From contig OY762069.1 of assembly GCA_963665095.1 (NCBI GenBank), positions 3,904,001 to 3,968,000 on the forward strand: DNA of 64,000 nucleotides. Direction: 5' to 3'. Of this stretch, positions 16,116 through 26,725 are shown piece by piece (positions within the stretch are counted from its first letter, which is position 1; each line of letters opens with the position of its first letter). The position numbers were made by a program, and so were the translations under genes. Source of the DNA: an uncultured Desulfobacter sp. (GTDB lineage: Bacteria; Desulfobacterota; Desulfobacteria; Desulfobacterales; Desulfobacteraceae). The notes under the pieces were generated by a model. That model did no database searches, was not told the origin of the DNA, and worked only from the letters and a program-made list of their open reading frames with translations.

Positions 16116-18169
16116 AAACCTTCCCCCTTACCCTGGCCGCGTCCCTTATTTTCTGGGGGTCTCAAACCGGATATCTGTTCCTTTCCGGAGCCATGGCTGC
16201 GGTTGTGGCGCTTGGCCGTTACTTTAAAAAAAAATGGGACCCCTCAACGGATCAGATCAATAAGGTCAGCGATACCTGTGCAGTCTGTTTTGCCGGCGCC
16301 ATTGTCTATTTTGTTTCTTCGGACCTTGAAACCGCCCTTAAGAATATACTTCGTCTTCTTCCGGTTTTGACCTTCCCTTTGATCGTTATTCAGGAATTCA
16401 GTGTCAACCGGGTCATTGATATCCGGGCGCTGTACCTGTTCAGGAAAAAAATTCCCGATGAAGGAAAAGAGATCAAACTGAACTTGAGCCTTGCGTTCAT
16501 CATCATCTGTCTTATCTCTTCAGGTGCAGTGAATAACCGCCTTTTTCCCTATTACCCCATTATCCTTGGCATTATTGTCCTGGTGCTGTTTTTTCAACAG
16601 CCGCGGCCTTCCGATCTCAGGATATGGCTTGCTGCCGTCATTGCTGCCGCCATAACGGGCATGTTTCTCCACCAAGGCCTCCACCATACCCAGACGGTTA
16701 TGACCCGGCGGGCCATGGACAGGATACTGGATGACAACGCAGACCCGCTCACAGGCCATACCGCCCTGGGCCGGATTGGCCGGCTGAAATTCTCCAACAG
16801 AATCGTTTTCAGGGTAATTCCGCCTGAAAACCATAACGGTGCGCCATATCTTTTAAAAGAAGCGGCCTACAATTTCTTTTCAAACAACCGATGGAGTGCT
16901 GCGAAAAATATATTTGAACCGGTACCGGTTTCACAGAGCAGAACTTTTATTTTCGCCGGGCAACCAGACCCGAACCGGCCATTCTCCGGAGTGACTGCCG
17001 GTGGACAGGGGAGACATCAGTCCGCTCATTTTGTACCGTCCAAAGTCAAGCTGACCATCCTCTCCCGAATGAAAAAGGCCAACGGGGTTTTAAGAGCCCC
17101 GGAAAAAACCGTTTCTCTCTCCTGTAATGCAATTCAGTCTGTTAAAGTAAACAGGTTAGGCACCATTGCCGTTGACGGGGCACCGGGATTCATTACTTAT
17201 GACATCTGGTCGGGTGATCCTGGACCCGACCTCCTGGCGCCCGGAAAAATGGACTGCTACATCCCTGACCAGGAAAAGGAACTGTTTACAAACTTGACCG
17301 CAGCGCTGAATATTGGACCGGACATACCGGTTCAAAAAAAGCTCTCCCGAATCAAGACCTATTTTCTGTCTAATTTCAGGTATTCCCTGGAACTGGAAGC
17401 GGTGGATAAAAAATCGCCCATCACCGGATTCATGACCCGGACCAGAACGGGACACTGTGAATATTTCGCAACAGCCACCGTATTGCTGCTTCGAAGCGCC
17501 GGCATTCCTGCCAGGTATGTATCCGGGTATATGGCTTTTGAAAAGAATCTTTTGGGCGATAAAATAGTTGTGCGCAGAAAACATGCCCACGCCTGGACCC
17601 AGGCTTATGTCAACGGCAAATGGGTCTTTTTTGATACCACCCCGCCCGCATGGGCGGAAGCCGAAAAAAGCCTGTTCCTGAGAACAGCACTGCCGGATCT
17701 GCTTTCCCTGATGGAATACGGATTTGACCTGCTTCGATGGGGACGCCCGGAAACCAAGAAAAAACTGTTGTGGCTTCTGGTTCCCCTGGGCGTTCTGCTG
17801 ATCCGGCGACTGCTTCAGAAAGATCAAAACAGGTCGGGAAAGAAGGGGCCTGAGGAATCGCTTAGGTCCCCTGAAAACCCCGCGGCGGCCTGTGATTTCT
17901 ATATCCGAAGGCTGGAAACACAACTTGCCCGGTCAGGGTTTAGAAAAGCCCCCCACGAAACATATGAACAATTTTTCACGAGGATCAACAACCTGGCGTT
18001 TCCCCAGGAAGAGGTAAAAACACTTGGGACTATCATACAAATTCACAAAAAACTCCGTTTCGGACCAGTGCCTGTTTCCCTTAAAGAGCAGGCAGTGCTG
18101 GAAGCCGGGGTAGACCGGTTAATCCGGACACTGTCCAGACGACAACAGGGCGCGAACGCGCCTGATTGA
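16112..18169 (+). CDS. Membrane transglutaminase-like protein (TgpA-like)
   Basis: N-terminal TM helices; GHCEYFA, GIPARYVSGY, HAHAW, FDTTP catalytic triad motifs. Confidence 0.92.
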   Translation: MKTFPLTLAASLIFWGSQTGYLFLSGAMAAVVALGRYFKKKWDPSTDQINKVSDTCAVCFAGAIVYFVSSDLETALKNILRLLPVLTFPLIVIQEFSVNRVIDIRALYLFRKKIPDEGKEIKLNLSLAFIIICLISSGAVNNRLFPYYPIILGIIVLVLFFQQPRPSDLRIWLAAVIAAAITGMFLHQGLHHTQTVMTRRAMDRILDDNADPLTGHTALGRIGRLKFSNRIVFRVIPPENHNGAPYLLKEAAYNFFSNNRWSAAKNIFEPVPVSQSRTFIFAGQPDPNRPFSGVTAGGQGRHQSAHFVPSKVKLTILSRMKKANGVLRAPEKTVSLSCNAIQSVKVNRLGTIAVDGAPGFITYDIWSGDPGPDLLAPGKMDCYIPDQEKELFTNLTAALNIGPDIPVQKKLSRIKTYFLSNFRYSLELEAVDKKSPITGFMTRTRTGHCEYFATATVLLLRSAGIPARYVSGYMAFEKNLLGDKIVVRRKHAHAWTQAYVNGKWVFFDTTPPAWAEAEKSLFLRTALPDLLSLMEYGFDLLRWGRPETKKKLLWLLVPLGVLLIRRLLQKDQNRSGKKGPEESLRSPENPAAACDFYIRRLETQLARSGFRKAPHETYEQFFTRINNLAFPQEEVKTLGTIIQIHKKLRFGPVPVSLKEQAVLEAGVDRLIRTLSRRQQGANAPD

Positions 18170-18387
18170 TAGCAGAATTAGACAGGGGGTGTCGTCGTTG
18201 AACCTTTTTGCGAAATCCTGCTATTTTTTGCGAACACAGCAGAGCGTGGCCTGCATATCCCCGGACAAACAAACTTAACTATTCCGAATTTATATATATT
18301 TTTCTTTTATATCGCAGCACATTATGTTAAATAAAACTAAGATTCAGTTAAATTCAAAAATTAACTTCATAAAAGAGAGTCGATCCT

Positions 18388-19323
18388 ATGAGCTACACAG
18401 ACGAAGGCGATGCGTTTTCCGGAAACTCTGACGAACAATGGATGTGCAAGGAGGGAATGAGCAGGGCGGATATTGTTGAGAAATTCGCGGAAGAAGAAAC
18501 ATCTGCCCAGGGCCAGAAAAAAGCCCTGGTCATTGAAGAAAAACCTGCAGATGCCGTGGAAATTGCACAGAATCTGGGGATACAGACCGATTCCAGCGGT
18601 TTTTCCATACTGAAAATCTACTGCGATGAAAAAAAATGTTCCGAGTCCCAGGCAAGGACATTTGCCCAGAGAGTTGTCTCTTCAAGCGAGGAATATAACA
18701 ATTTTCTGAAACGACTCTGTGAAAACAGCCAGTTTTCTGCCCAGAATATTATGGACCTGATGCCGTCCGTTAAAAAATTATCAGGAAAGCGGCTTTTGCT
18801 TCTCCACGGGTTTACAGAGTTAAAGGGATTTGATCCCGGACATCTGAATCGTTTTTTTCTGGCAACGCTCCCCCAGATCGACCAGCGCACAGCGACCCGG
18901 GAGGCCCTGGAACTGGAAAAACAGGAAAAGGCCATGACCTCGGTGCAGATTGATCTTTTTTACAATATCTGCCTGAAACTTCCGGATTTAGATGCTGATA
19001 CGGCCCTGACCGTACTTCCGAAACTCAGAATGCTCAAAGAGCAGCACGCAAGGATACTGAATCTTTTTCTGGGTAAAGACACCTGTTTTGACAACAAACC
19101 CATTACCAACAAAAACCTGCCCGGATTGATCAAGCTTTGGGCAGGCCTGCCCGAAATTGAACATAAAGAACTCTTCGAAAAACTGATCAAAAAACTGTCA
19201 CACCAGTCAGATGAAAAAAAGCACGATTTTAAATTTTTAACCCAGGCATTTAAAAATGAAGTGACAAAAGAGACTGAACCCCACTCCAAAATTGGAAACG
19301 TTTTCAGGCACCTGATGCACTGA
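18388..19323 (+). CDS. Hypothetical protein
   Basis: 311-aa ORF after an AT-rich intergenic region; no motif recognised. Confidence 0.75.
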   Translation: MSYTDEGDAFSGNSDEQWMCKEGMSRADIVEKFAEEETSAQGQKKALVIEEKPADAVEIAQNLGIQTDSSGFSILKIYCDEKKCSESQARTFAQRVVSSSEEYNNFLKRLCENSQFSAQNIMDLMPSVKKLSGKRLLLLHGFTELKGFDPGHLNRFFLATLPQIDQRTATREALELEKQEKAMTSVQIDLFYNICLKLPDLDADTALTVLPKLRMLKEQHARILNLFLGKDTCFDNKPITNKNLPGLIKLWAGLPEIEHKELFEKLIKKLSHQSDEKKHDFKFLTQAFKNEVTKETEPHSKIGNVFRHLMH

Positions 19324-19470
19324 CCACCTGCCTGTTCTTTGCCAATGCCGTTTCTGACGAAAGCGCTCCCAGGCCTTCAGCCAGTATGTAATTGCTGTGG
19401 CCCTGCGAAACGCAGGACGTCCGTCCTTTGCACAACCTTTCAATCAAATTTATTCCACTTTTTTATATTT

Positions 19471-19518
19471 CTGTAACTTATCTGTAAGTTTCCTCTGCTT
19501 ATTTTGAGCATACAGCCA
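19471..19518 (+). promoter_or_regulatory. Direct-repeat promoter motif (copy 1)
   Basis: CTGTAAC-ttat-CTGTAAG ... CATACAGCCA; recurs at 45818-45866. Confidence 0.55.
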
Positions 19519-19652
19519 TTTCAATTACGCAGATCCTGTTTCCGGTATCAGGTAATTTCCGGTGTCCGACCAGTTCCTCCTGGGCAGATCCGTTGGGTTG
19601 ATCAATGTGACCGGCTGAATATCAATTATTCCGAAACAAGGAGGAAAGTATC

Positions 19653-20393
19653 ATGGCAAAATTTGTCAAAGAGCTCATTGTATTATTTGCAGCTATATCC
19701 ATTATAGCACAGGCGTCAGCCTTATGGGCCGGCCAGACAGAAAGGCCATTGGCCACAGCGTCCGGTTATTTTGATATCAAAACCGGTCATAAATATATTC
19801 AAAACAGCAATGGCTCTTATACGGAATTTTCAAGAACAGGAAAACTGCTCCGGCAGGACGTTCCCAATACAATGCCGTTACTGGTTTCAAAAAAATTTGT
19901 ACACCCCATTGAAGTCAGCCATCTTATGGTCTACAAAAAACGGGTTTCCGGTACTGTCCAGCACCTGGTTCTGCCCGCGTCCCAACCCCACCCTGAAAAC
20001 TGGCGGTGCAGGGCCATGGTCATCTCCGGGAAGCAGCATCTAAAGTCAAACAGCATCGGCAAGCAAGGTCCAGTGCAAAATGGTCCGTGTAACGATGGGA
20101 ATTCTGCGGCCACAAAAGCAGCCTATTTTGATGTTGCCACAGGCCACCGGTATCAACAAAACAGCGATGGGACATATAATGAATTCTCACGTAAAGGCGC
20201 ACTGCTTAAATCAGGCATTCCCTGCACTGCCACGGTGTTGACAAAGGGACCCTATGTCCGCGAACTCAACGATACGGATTATGTTGTATATGAAAAATAC
20301 CAGGCTGGTAAACCGGTCCGAAAAATTGTCTCTGCCGGCAGAAACCATCCTGACGGCTGGATATCCAGGGATGTGCTGGCTGCGGCCCACTGA
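19653..20393 (+). CDS. Secreted hypothetical protein with two tandem homologous domains
   Basis: AAGGAGG RBS; signal peptide; YFDIKTGHKYIQNSNGSYTEFSRTG vs YFDVATGHRYQQNSDGTYNEFSRKG. Confidence 0.85.
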   Translation: MAKFVKELIVLFAAISIIAQASALWAGQTERPLATASGYFDIKTGHKYIQNSNGSYTEFSRTGKLLRQDVPNTMPLLVSKKFVHPIEVSHLMVYKKRVSGTVQHLVLPASQPHPENWRCRAMVISGKQHLKSNSIGKQGPVQNGPCNDGNSAATKAAYFDVATGHRYQQNSDGTYNEFSRKGALLKSGIPCTATVLTKGPYVRELNDTDYVVYEKYQAGKPVRKIVSAGRNHPDGWISRDVLAAAH

Positions 20394-20519
20394 CCGGAAA
20401 GCCAGCAGGCAAGCCCAGTTGATGCCGGCAGCATGATAGTTCGTGAAACATATTTCCGAGCACCTCCAAAACAATGTTGCCGCCATTGCAAAGCAGGGTG
20501 CATGCCACACGCACCCTGC

Positions 20520-23500
20520 TTATTTTCCGGTTTGTTTGAAAATCTCGTTTTTTAAATCCGTCATGGTTCCGGATAAAACATCTCCTCTTAGTTCCATGTG
20601 ACAGCGGGCCTCATACTGTTTGTACACCCGTGCGGCATCAATGGGCTGTCCCATTTTTAAATAACTCTGTATCATTCCCCGGTAAAAGGACTCTGTCAGC
20701 GGTTCTGCCGACACACCCCGCCGATAGCAGCGAATGGCGGCATGGAAATTCCCGTGCCCGGCAAGGATCTGCCCCGCCTTTTCAAGAATGCCCGTATATC
20801 GGGATCTCAACCGGTCTGCCATGGGAAAAACCCAGGCCTCCTGGTCACCATCCAGAAAAGGCCCCCGGTAAACTGAGAACAACAGGTCCAGGGCAGATGG
20901 CAAGGGGTTTACCGTCTCTATCTCGCCCGAAGACAGGGCCTTGCACACATCTTCAATCCGGGTGCAGCACTGTTCGAACAGGGCCGTATCGGTCCGGACA
21001 ACACGATCATTAAAGGAGAGCCGGCCCTGGGAATGAATCAGCGCGGCGTTATCCCCAAGAAATTTTCTGGCACGGTGAAGGGTTGTTGAGTATGCATTCT
21101 GTGCCGCATCTCCGTCACTGCCAGGCCAGAGTGCATCTTGAATATGATACTCCGGAACACCACGGCCACCCCGGGCAAGAAGATACTTAATCAGCAGAAT
21201 GGGCTGCTTTTTTCCTTTGCCCTTTGGCGCTGCTTTTTCACCGTTAATGCGGACGGAAAACCCGCCAAAGGATGAAATATCCACCGGCCATGGCCAGTCA
21301 GGGATATCCAGGGGCAGAGGGTCCGGTATCAGGTGGTGATGGGTAATCAGCGCCCGGACGTAATCGGTTTCCATATTTTCCTTCAAGGCTGTGGCACAAA
21401 GGGTGGCCATCTCCTTTGGAGCCCAGAATAAACCGTACCTGTAATTTCTTTGCCGCCCCATCTCAAGGGCACGGTGCAATACGGTGCAGGCTTTTTCCTT
21501 GTAGTTCAGGGAAAAATAGAGACCGGCCCGAGTTAAAAGGGCCATGAACGTGTCCTGATTCAGGTTGAATTGATCCGCAATTTTGAGACATCGCTCCAGA
21601 TGGGCGTCTGCAGACCTGAATTTTTTGGCTTTAAAATGTAACCGAGCTATATTCAAATGAGCCCCCGACCGGACCAGGGAATTTCCGGACTCATAATTTT
21701 TTTTAAAACTTTGCACGGCATGGAACCGAAAATTAGCAAAATCGTCCAGCCGGTCATACAGCCACGAAGAGACAATATGATAAAGCCCCTGCATCCAGAT
21801 CCCCTGGTGGGCGAGAAAAGGGGGAATCTCATCCAGAAGCTGCCTGGCTGTATTCAGCCTGCCAAGGCCAATGGCAGCGGCCGCGCCCTGGACCCTGAGC
21901 CCTAAAAAAATCAGACGGATTCCGGTAATTTTTTCCACCTTCATGCCATCCAGGGCGGCCTCAAACCCGGCCTGGAAATCACCGTTCATCCATGAGTGGA
22001 ATATTTTCAGGTCCTGAAGAATGAGATAGGACAAAGGTGCTGTTTTTTTGTGGGAGACATCTGTGAACATTTTGAGAAGATGCCCGGCAGTTTGAAGTTC
22101 GCCTTTGAATATGTTCAGAATAATCAGCGGCGAAAAAATGGATACTGTCTTATTGACATCCTTCACCGTCTGCAGAATTTCCCATCCCAGGCTTTCCCAA
22201 TTTTTGAGCATGGGGGAGTCAGGCCGGCGCAGGACCAGCGCATGTAGCATGGAACTGGTCAGTTTCATACGGATCTCCGGAATATCCACGGGCCCGAACT
22301 GGTTTTCAAGTTCGGTATACCGGTCAACCCAGAGATCCAGTTCCTGGAACAGACTGAACTGAAGGCTGATGGAATCCATAATCCCTGCCAGGGCCATGAA
22401 GCATCCTGCCGGATCCCCGGCCTGTTCAAACAGAGCCAGGGCCTGCTGAAAAAATGGCTTGGCAGATTCAGGGGATTCAGGGATCACACACACACCTTTC
22501 CAGAAAAGCAGCCAGGGCGTTGCATTAACGATGCCGGGGGGCAGGGAATCTATCCACTGCAAAAGGGTCGCCACCCGCCCCTGGATGGAGAAAATCAGTG
22601 CATGGGTTAAAATCAGTGCAACGGCCCGGTCATAATTGTCAGCATCAAGATATAATTCAACAGCTGCTTCAACATTGCCTTCCTGGTTTAATATGTCAGC
22701 ACTCTTTGACAGAATAGCTGTCAGGTCGGATCGGGGAAAAAACTGTACAGAGCGCTTCTGCAAAAATTCACGGAACAGTGGATGGAAATCATACCCGGGT
22801 GAATCTGTGGTTATCCGGTGAACAAACAGGTTCTCTTTATTTAGTTTTTCCAGGAGAACCAGGGCCTGTTTTCCGCAAAGCGCGGCTGCTGCATCCCGGG
22901 AGATCGCCGGAAGATGGCACAATGTTAAAAGGATGGTCTGGTCGGCCGGGTCAAGCGACTGGTATACAACACTGTTCAAATAGTCGAAAATCACCTCAGG
23001 CGTCTTCCGGGTCAGCATGCACGGTTCAATGTTGTCAAACTCTCCCCGCTTTAATAAAAGCAGCAGCCCGGCAACCCATCCACCGGTTTTGGTATGAATA
23101 TCGGCCGTGTTTTTTTCATCAAAGGCTTTGCCTGAGATGCATTGGATAATCCCGCCGGTCTCCCGGATATCCAGTTGAAGATGGTGCCAGCCCAGCATTT
23201 GTATCCTGCATTTGGCACTGGCTGCCACCAGGACGTCAGGGGGTTCCTTCCGGCTCAGGATAATAAACGTCACCTGTTTTTGAAGGCTGTTGATGGCATG
23301 GCACAGCACTTCATGAAGCAGAACATCCTCCCCCGCATCCTGGTAATTATCCAGGACCATCACATACCGGGAAGGTAAAATGGTCGCAAACAGTTCAAAA
23401 AACCGGTTTGTAAACGATGCCACGCCAGGAAAAAATTCCTGGGTCAAAAAGGGTAACTGCGGATATTTTTCAGGGTCGATCTGTTTAGCAACGTTGCCCA

Positions 23501-23756
23501 TATAGTAAAAAAAAGAAGACAGATCCCTGTCCTGCTCATCTATATTATACCAGATGCAGGGGAAATCCTGTGCGTCTATGAAGCTGTTGACAAGGGTTGT
23601 CTTGCCACTTCCCGCAGGGCCGCAAACCCACAACGCACGATGGTGGATATGGGTGGACAAGATATCAAACAAACGGGTACGGGGATAAACTGCCTGCAAC
23701 TCCGGACGGGTCAGTTTTAACGGAAAAACAGATAAAGGAAGGCCTGACATCTCCAT
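20520..23756 (-). CDS. Large MalT-like STAND ATPase regulator with C-terminal wHTH/BTAD (SARP-type) domains
   Basis: RTRL, GPAGSGKTT, VLDNYQ, TGGWVAGL, Y.FHPLFREFL; C-term FGGFSV, DALWP, YRGPFL, PL.ES.YR..I. Confidence 0.88.
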   Translation of the reverse strand: MEMSGLPLSVFPLKLTRPELQAVYPRTRLFDILSTHIHHRALWVCGPAGSGKTTLVNSFIDAQDFPCIWYNIDEQDRDLSSFFYYMGNVAKQIDPEKYPQLPFLTQEFFPGVASFTNRFFELFATILPSRYVMVLDNYQDAGEDVLLHEVLCHAINSLQKQVTFIILSRKEPPDVLVAASAKCRIQMLGWHHLQLDIRETGGIIQCISGKAFDEKNTADIHTKTGGWVAGLLLLLKRGEFDNIEPCMLTRKTPEVIFDYLNSVVYQSLDPADQTILLTLCHLPAISRDAAAALCGKQALVLLEKLNKENLFVHRITTDSPGYDFHPLFREFLQKRSVQFFPRSDLTAILSKSADILNQEGNVEAAVELYLDADNYDRAVALILTHALIFSIQGRVATLLQWIDSLPPGIVNATPWLLFWKGVCVIPESPESAKPFFQQALALFEQAGDPAGCFMALAGIMDSISLQFSLFQELDLWVDRYTELENQFGPVDIPEIRMKLTSSMLHALVLRRPDSPMLKNWESLGWEILQTVKDVNKTVSIFSPLIILNIFKGELQTAGHLLKMFTDVSHKKTAPLSYLILQDLKIFHSWMNGDFQAGFEAALDGMKVEKITGIRLIFLGLRVQGAAAAIGLGRLNTARQLLDEIPPFLAHQGIWMQGLYHIVSSWLYDRLDDFANFRFHAVQSFKKNYESGNSLVRSGAHLNIARLHFKAKKFRSADAHLERCLKIADQFNLNQDTFMALLTRAGLYFSLNYKEKACTVLHRALEMGRQRNYRYGLFWAPKEMATLCATALKENMETDYVRALITHHHLIPDPLPLDIPDWPWPVDISSFGGFSVRINGEKAAPKGKGKKQPILLIKYLLARGGRGVPEYHIQDALWPGSDGDAAQNAYSTTLHRARKFLGDNAALIHSQGRLSFNDRVVRTDTALFEQCCTRIEDVCKALSSGEIETVNPLPSALDLLFSVYRGPFLDGDQEAWVFPMADRLRSRYTGILEKAGQILAGHGNFHAAIRCYRRGVSAEPLTESFYRGMIQSYLKMGQPIDAARVYKQYEARCHMELRGDVLSGTMTDLKNEIFKQTGK

Positions 23757-23987
23757 GACGAATCAACTTCCTTCTATATATTTCAAGATGTTAAACGATT
23801 TTTTCCCTTATACCAGAACATGGATATTGATTCACTAACTTTTTAAAAATAAAAGACAGACTATAAAACCGGGAACCGGTTTAAAAAATCGTCACATTTT
23901 TTTTTGCAACAGATACAGGCCGGGAGCAGCCTGGGCAAGACATCGATAGTGGAAAATATGTCTCACACCTTCCCTTCCAAATTCAGT

Positions 23988-25229
23988 TTATCCGGTGATT
24001 TCTTTGGACGTTCCAGAGTCAGGAATTTCACGCTCATGGATACCTAAAAGAAACAAAAGGCCGTCCAGCCCCATGGTGGAGATGGCATTTGCAGCCTTTT
24101 CACGCACGATGGGTTTGGCATTAAACGCTACGCCCAGGCCGGCAAGTGAAATCATGGGAAGGTCGTTGGCGCCATCCCCCACGGCAATGGTCTGTTCAAT
24201 GGACAGCTTCTCCTTTTCCGCCAGCTGTCGCAAAAGATCCGCCTTTTTCTGTCCATCCACGATCTCTCCGGTGACCCGGCCGGTTACCTCGCCGTTCTCG
24301 ATTTCCAGCGTATTGGCAAACACATAATCAAAGCCCAGGGTCTCTTTGAGATAATTCCCCACAAAGGTGAACCCGCCGGACAGAATGGCCAGTTTATACC
24401 CCAGTTTTTTTAGGGTCCGGGTGACCAGATCTGCCCCGTCCGTCAACGGCAGGGTCCGGGCCAGGCCCTGGATATCCTTCTCCTTGAGGCCCTTGAGCAG
24501 GGCCACCCGCCGCCGGAAACTCTCCTTGAAGTCAATCTCCCCGCGCATGGCTGATTCCGTGATCTGTGCCACCTGGTCCCCGACACCCGCCAGCTTGGCC
24601 AGTTCCACGATCACTTCCGCCTGGATCAGGGTGGAGTCCATGTCAAATACGACCAGTTTGCGGTTCTTGCGGTAGATATTGTCCACATGAAAGGAGATAT
24701 CAATGCCCAGATCCCGGGAGATATGTATGAAGCGGCCCTTCATGTCGGCAATGCTTCTCGGGGTCCCGGAAACGGCAAACTGGATACAGGCCCGTGGGGA
24801 ATTCAGAGGACGCTGAAGGGATCTTCGGCCGGAGAGCCGGGTAATGGAATCAATGTTCAGGTCATGGTCGGCAATCACGCTGCTCACAGCGGAGAGCTGG
24901 GCAGCTGTAATGGTCTGGCCCAGCACGGTAATGATCCGGTGTTCCTTACCCTGGGCCTTGACCCAGGTTTCGTATTCATCAGGATCTACCGGCACCACAT
25001 CCACGGCCAGTCCCATTTTATGCCCTTCAAAAAGCAGGTCCTTGAACATCTGGGAAAAATCGCCGGCACAGGGGATATCCACCAGCATGCCCAGGGAAAT
25101 ATGTTCATGAATCACGGACTGCCCAATATCCAGAATGGTCACCCGATACTGGGAAAGGATACGTGAAAACCGGGCATTAAGCCCTTTTCTGTCTTTGCCC
25201 GTAATGCTGATAAGAACAATATCACCCAT
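23988..25229 (-). CDS. serB: Phosphoserine phosphatase with ACT domains
   Basis: FDMDSTLI, ITESAMRGEIDF.ES, SGGF, VGDGANDL. Confidence 0.95.
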   Translation of the reverse strand: MGDIVLISITGKDRKGLNARFSRILSQYRVTILDIGQSVIHEHISLGMLVDIPCAGDFSQMFKDLLFEGHKMGLAVDVVPVDPDEYETWVKAQGKEHRIITVLGQTITAAQLSAVSSVIADHDLNIDSITRLSGRRSLQRPLNSPRACIQFAVSGTPRSIADMKGRFIHISRDLGIDISFHVDNIYRKNRKLVVFDMDSTLIQAEVIVELAKLAGVGDQVAQITESAMRGEIDFKESFRRRVALLKGLKEKDIQGLARTLPLTDGADLVTRTLKKLGYKLAILSGGFTFVGNYLKETLGFDYVFANTLEIENGEVTGRVTGEIVDGQKKADLLRQLAEKEKLSIEQTIAVGDGANDLPMISLAGLGVAFNAKPIVREKAANAISTMGLDGLLFLLGIHEREIPDSGTSKEITG

Positions 25230-25315
25230 GAGCCGTCCCTTGTGCCTCTGCAATTACTATTTTATTTAACCGGAATTCCCGGCTTATATTTCGCTGCTGT
25301 CCTGTACCGGGTTAA

Positions 25316-26713
25316 CTATATATCGTTGCCGTTCGGATCTGTAAAGCGGTTTTGATCCATTTGCCGCACCAGATTTTCCAGGGATTGTTTCAGGTTCAAG
25401 GAAGGGTCTTCCAGCACCTGCTCAAATAACCAGGCTTTAATCCGGCCGATCTGCGGGCCCTGGGAGAGGCCAAGAATATTTTGAATGTCCAGACCGGAAA
25501 TTTTTAAATCATTGATGTTGAAAGCGGTCTGTCCCTTACGGGCAGAAAGAATTTTATCCAGGCGCAGGCGGATATCGCCAAGGGTATAGGGGGGCTTGGC
25601 CGGATTCCGATTCCCTTTTTTATCGGCAATGCGCATGCGCATAAAATCCTGATAGGAGAGGTTCAGGTCATCCAGCATGGCCAGAAGCCTTCGAACAGCC
25701 TTTGGTGTGGAGTCCGGTTTCAAGGGGCGCATGTGGCCCCGGACCAGGGAATAGATATAGCCGGCGTCCTTCCTGGAAAAGCGAAGGCGCTCAAGATCCG
25801 CCATCATGGAATCTGTACACTTTTGATGCCCGGGAAAGGTGGGATGGCCATCTGTATATTCCAGGGCATCCACCTTTCCCGTGTCATGGAGATACCCTGC
25901 CAGCCTGAGTATGGGCCGGGAGGCGGGCAGGGCATCGCCCACCATAAGATTATGCTCAAATACGGTCTCGCCATGGTGGGGACCGCCGTCAAGACCGTAA
26001 CACCGGTCCAGACTGGGAAGGATCAGGGACAGCAGCCCGGTATCATGCAGGAGAATGAAAAACTCAGATGGGCGCTCCATGGCCATGGCCTTGACCAGCT
26101 CCACCTGAATCCGGTCAGCCGCACCGTCAACCGTAATTTTGTTGGCATGGGTTTGGATGGCATCCAGGGAATCCGGGGTAAGTCTGAACCCGTAACGGGC
26201 GGCAAACCGGCAGGCCCGGACCATGCGTACAGGGTCCTCATCAATCCGGTCATCTGGATTGCGGGTAAACCGGATCACCCGGGCTTCCAGATCTTTCTGT
26301 CCGCCAAAGAAATCAAAAAGCATTTTTCTTTCCGGGTCCCAGGCCATGCTGTTAACGGTGAGATCCCGGCGGCCAAGGTCGGTGGCGGGGAATCTGTGGC
26401 CGGCTATAACCGCCGCCTGATCAGCCGGTCTGCCGGTGGCCACTTCCACCCTGTTCACCAGGGTCACGGCAAAGGATTTCCCCACATACCTGGGCTGCTG
26501 GTCTGTAAATAACCGGGCAAGGGTGTCTGGCGGGGCGTTGGTAAGAATATCCACATCCACAGGGTCAATTCCAAGGATACTGTCCCGCACGGCACCGCCT
26601 GCCAGAAGGGCACGAAATCCCGCCCCGGAAAGGGTGTCAAGAATAAGTGAGATGCTGTCTCTTGCCCGGAGGCTTTCCAAAATGGACAGGGCTGTATTTG
26701 TGGGTGAGCTCAT
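25316..26713 (-). CDS. Class II tRNA nucleotidyltransferase (CCA/poly(A) polymerase family) with HD domain
   Basis: GGAVRD..LG...DVDI.T, DL.RRDLTVNSMA, EDPVRMVRACRF, LHDTGK. Confidence 0.9.
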   Translation of the reverse strand: MSSPTNTALSILESLRARDSISLILDTLSGAGFRALLAGGAVRDSILGIDPVDVDILTNAPPDTLARLFTDQQPRYVGKSFAVTLVNRVEVATGRPADQAAVIAGHRFPATDLGRRDLTVNSMAWDPERKMLFDFFGGQKDLEARVIRFTRNPDDRIDEDPVRMVRACRFAARYGFRLTPDSLDAIQTHANKITVDGAADRIQVELVKAMAMERPSEFFILLHDTGLLSLILPSLDRCYGLDGGPHHGETVFEHNLMVGDALPASRPILRLAGYLHDTGKVDALEYTDGHPTFPGHQKCTDSMMADLERLRFSRKDAGYIYSLVRGHMRPLKPDSTPKAVRRLLAMLDDLNLSYQDFMRMRIADKKGNRNPAKPPYTLGDIRLRLDKILSARKGQTAFNINDLKISGLDIQNILGLSQGPQIGRIKAWLFEQVLEDPSLNLKQSLENLVRQMDQNRFTDPNGNDI

Positions 26714-26725
26714 GAAAACGGATCG

